Made by a program: the position numbers and the translations under genes. 32,209 nucleotides of DNA, taken from NCBI GenBank assembly GCA_965218585.1, contig CBDCLE010000018.1:1-32209 (forward strand). Direction: 5' to 3'. This stretch comes from Terriglobia bacterium. GTDB lineage: Bacteria > Acidobacteriota > Terriglobia > 20CM-2-55-15. The notes below the pieces were generated by a model. The model saw nothing but the letters and a program-made list of their open reading frames with translations. It did no database searches and was not told where the DNA came from. This document shows, piece after piece, positions 29,867-32,209 of this stretch. The number at the start of each line of letters is the position of its first letter. Positions within the stretch are counted from its first letter, which is position 1.

Positions 29867-30996
29867 ATGGCCTTGAATCGCCTTCTCATCGGCACCCGGA
29901 AAGGTGCCTTCTTCCTGACCGCGAACGGTACCCGCCGGACATGGAAGCTTTCGAGCCCGTTGTTTCTGGGTCATATCGTTCACCACGTCGTCCTCGATCC
30001 GCGCAACCGCAAGACCATACTTGCGGCTGCCCGGACGGGCCATCTGGGGCCGACGGTTTTTCGGTCGACGGATCGGGGGCGGACCTGGGCCGAAGCCTCC
30101 CGGCCACCTGCCTTTCGAAAAGCCCGCAAGGGAGAACCCGCGCGCACGGTGAACCACGTTTTCTGGTTGACCCCCGGCCACGTGGAGGAATCCGGTGTGT
30201 GGTATGCGGGGTCTTCACCCCAGGGCCTGTTTCGATCCGAAGACGACGGTCGCACCTGGAAGAGTGTCCGTGGGTTCAATGAGCATCCCCGGCACTTCGA
30301 TTGGGTGGGGGGAGGACAGGACGGAACGCCCGACGGGCCCAAGATGCATTCGATCCAGATCGATCCCCGGGACCGGAAACACATGTACATCGGGATGTCG
30401 ACCGGCGGCGTGTTTGAGTCCACTGACGGCGGAGCGGACTGGCATCCGTTGAACGCCGGTTGCGAAGCGGACTTCATACCGCAACCCGATCCCGAATTCG
30501 GGCACGACCCGCACAATCTGCAGTTGCACCCTCTCCAGCCCGATCGACTATATCAACAGAATCATTGTGGAATCTACCGCATGGATCGTTCGGACGGACG
30601 ATGGGTGAGGATCGGCGAACGGATGCCCAAGAAGATCGGCGACATCGGTTTCCCAATCCTTCTGGATCCCCGGGACCCGGAGCGGGTATGGGTTTTCCTA
30701 TGGACGGTACTTCGGTCTGGCCACGCACGAGTCCCGGCGGCCGTCCGGCGCTGTATCGCACCGTAAACGGAGGGAAGACCTGGAAGCGTCTGGATAAGGG
30801 GCTGCCGCGAGGCAACGCCTGGTTCACGGTCTTCCGTCAGTCGATGGCTCGCGACGAAGAGAAGCGCATGGGTATCTACTTCGGAACGACGGCCGGCGAA
30901 GTGTGGGCAAGCCGGAACGGAGGCGACTCGTGGTCCTGCCTGGCGCGGCACCTGCCTCAAATCTATTCAGTCGAAGTCGTGGGTGTGCCCTGGTGA
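29867..30996 (+). CDS. BNR/Asp-box beta-propeller protein (glycosyl hydrolase/sialidase-like annotation), frameshifted near 30697
   Basis: Asp-boxes STDRGRTW, SEDDGRTW and STDGGADW lie in ORF 29867-30766; TVNGGKTW and SRNGGDSW lie in the -1 frame ending at 30996. One extra C in GTTTTCCTATG restores VWVFPMDG and a 376-aa protein. Confidence 0.82.
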
Positions 30997-31265
30997 ACGT
31001 GCACGTTCCCGGACCGCTGAGATCCTATACAGGCGGGCAGCGTGTGGTCGAGGCCCACGGCCGAACCCTTGCCGAACTGTTGAACTTTCTCGATGGAGCC
31101 TATCCCGGCTTTCGTTTCCGGATCATCGATGAGCAGGATCAGATTCGTGAGCACATCAAGATATTCGTCGAGGGCGAGCAGCAGTTGAAGATTCGAGGTC
31201 CCATCAAACGCGGGACCGAAGTGCAGATCATTTGTGCCCTCAGCGGGGGTGCAGTTTTCGAGTGA
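30993..31265 (+). CDS. MoaD/ThiS-family ubiquitin-like protein with C-terminal extension after Gly-Gly
   Basis: GTG start overlaps the upstream TGA (GTGA). Beta-grasp pattern VPGPLRSYTGG...TLAELL...IFVEG...ALSGG-AVFE, 90 aa. Confidence 0.88.
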   Translation: MNVHVPGPLRSYTGGQRVVEAHGRTLAELLNFLDGAYPGFRFRIIDEQDQIREHIKIFVEGEQQLKIRGPIKRGTEVQIICALSGGAVFE

Positions 31266-31341
31266 TCTGCACGTCTTCCACTGTAGGTGTGGTCTATGAC
31301 CGCACTTTTCGGTCCATAAGAAATCGGATTTTGCTTCGCTG

Positions 31342-31776
31342 CTAAACCTTAGCGATGAACTTGATCTCAATGAGCTGTGGCGGCAACGCCAGACGCGGAG
31401 TCACCAGGATCGTGCTGGCGACGTCCGGTTTTTCCGACCCGTAAGCTTCCTTTCTCACTGTTCCTGCGACCGCAAACGCAGCGTCCATGTCGGTAACGTA
31501 GAGGACTTCGTCCACAACGTTGTCCAGCGTCGCACCGTATTTGGCGAGAATCTTCTTTGCGTTCGCATAGGTCTGCCGCATCTGGGTTTCCATATTCGAG
31601 TGATCGGAGATGCGCCCCTCTTCGTCCAAGGGCGCCTCACCAACAATGTTTCCTTCATCGTCATGGCTCAACTGGCCTGAAACGTAGATCGTGTCACCTA
31701 CCTTTACGGCTTGAGCGTAGCCATAATCCGGTTCCCAGGACATTTCCAGGCCCTTTGCATCCTTACTGATCGCCAT
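31342..31776 (-). CDS. Rid (YjgF/YER057c/UK114) family protein
   Basis: Motifs GYAQAVKVGDTIYVSGQ and LIEIK. AAGGAG RBS. Confidence 0.9.
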   Translation of the reverse strand: MAISKDAKGLEMSWEPDYGYAQAVKVGDTIYVSGQLSHDDEGNIVGEAPLDEEGRISDHSNMETQMRQTYANAKKILAKYGATLDNVVDEVLYVTDMDAAFAVAGTVRKEAYGSEKPDVASTILVTPRLALPPQLIEIKFIAKV

Positions 31777-31813
31777 CGGCTTCTCCTTCCCGAGCGCTAT
31801 TCCATCGACCGGG

Positions 31814-32209
31814 TTATTTCAGCATAGATTCCCTCTGAGCGCCCTGCCCGCCCCGTCCGGAGAGATCCCAGCCGAGGTCTTCGCTCTGGAGACTCGATAC
31901 GAATTCTTCCGGCGACATGCCTTCGGAAATCAGTTCTCGCGCCCGCGTTTCGAGGGCCGCAAACTTGTTTCGAAACGCACGCACTTCGTCCTTTGTCAGC
32001 AGGTCACCGTGTCCCGGAATAGCGGTCTGGAAATCCAGAGTCAGCATGCCGTCGAGCGTGTCGACCCACTCCAGAAAGCTTCCACCGTTGTTGAAGTCGA
32101 CAAAGATGTTGCCGGTATTGAGCAGATCGCCGCCGTGCACGACTCCGAGGTCGGGGAAGTAAATGACCGAGTCGCCATTGGTGTGGCCGCGGCCCATGTG
32201 GTGGGCCTG
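31814..32209 (-). CDS. MBL-fold metallo-hydrolase (cyclase-like), 5' part outside the window
   Basis: Motifs GHTNGD, VHGGDLL and IPGHG. The frame is open to the window edge. The true stop may be at 31797 if there is a late frameshift. Confidence 0.85.
   Translation of the reverse strand, partial: QAHHMGRGHTNGDSVIYFPDLGVVHGGDLLNTGNIFVDFNNGGSFLEWVDTLDGMLTLDFQTAIPGHGDLLTKDEVRAFRNKFAALETRARELISEGMSPEEFVSSLQSEDLGWDLSGRGGQGAQRESMLK

Overview
GC-rich bacterial chromosomal segment, densely coding, with no rRNA, tRNA, CRISPR array or transposase/integrase recognised. The gene content (ADOP-type duplicated ABC permease, tandem secreted PQQ-type beta-propellers, DUF5916, DUF1080) suggests Acidobacteriota, but this is inference only. 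Most genes encode exported hydrolases or oxidoreductases: a Tat-exported Ntn asparaginase, M28/M20/M19 peptidases, a sulfatase, MBL-fold proteins, an alpha/beta hydrolase and a VOC protein. These surround a glnK-amtB operon and a STAS + FHA-GAF-PP2C partner-switching module. Five points stand out. (1) An 825-codon ABC permease frame is broken only by two in-frame TGA codons, both at apparent Trp positions, and lies behind an intact ECF-sigma-type promoter. (2) A translationally coupled pair encodes a cytoplasmic BNR beta-propeller and a ubiquitin-like MoaD/ThiS protein whose Gly-Gly is masked by a 4-residue tail. (3) The GlnK carries a natural Y51F substitution. (4) Two tandem PQQ-fold paralogues have non-canonical active-site motifs. 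(5) A small coiled-coil gene is bracketed by 17/18-nt direct repeats. Two apparent single-base homopolymer deletions suggest that some assembly errors are present.
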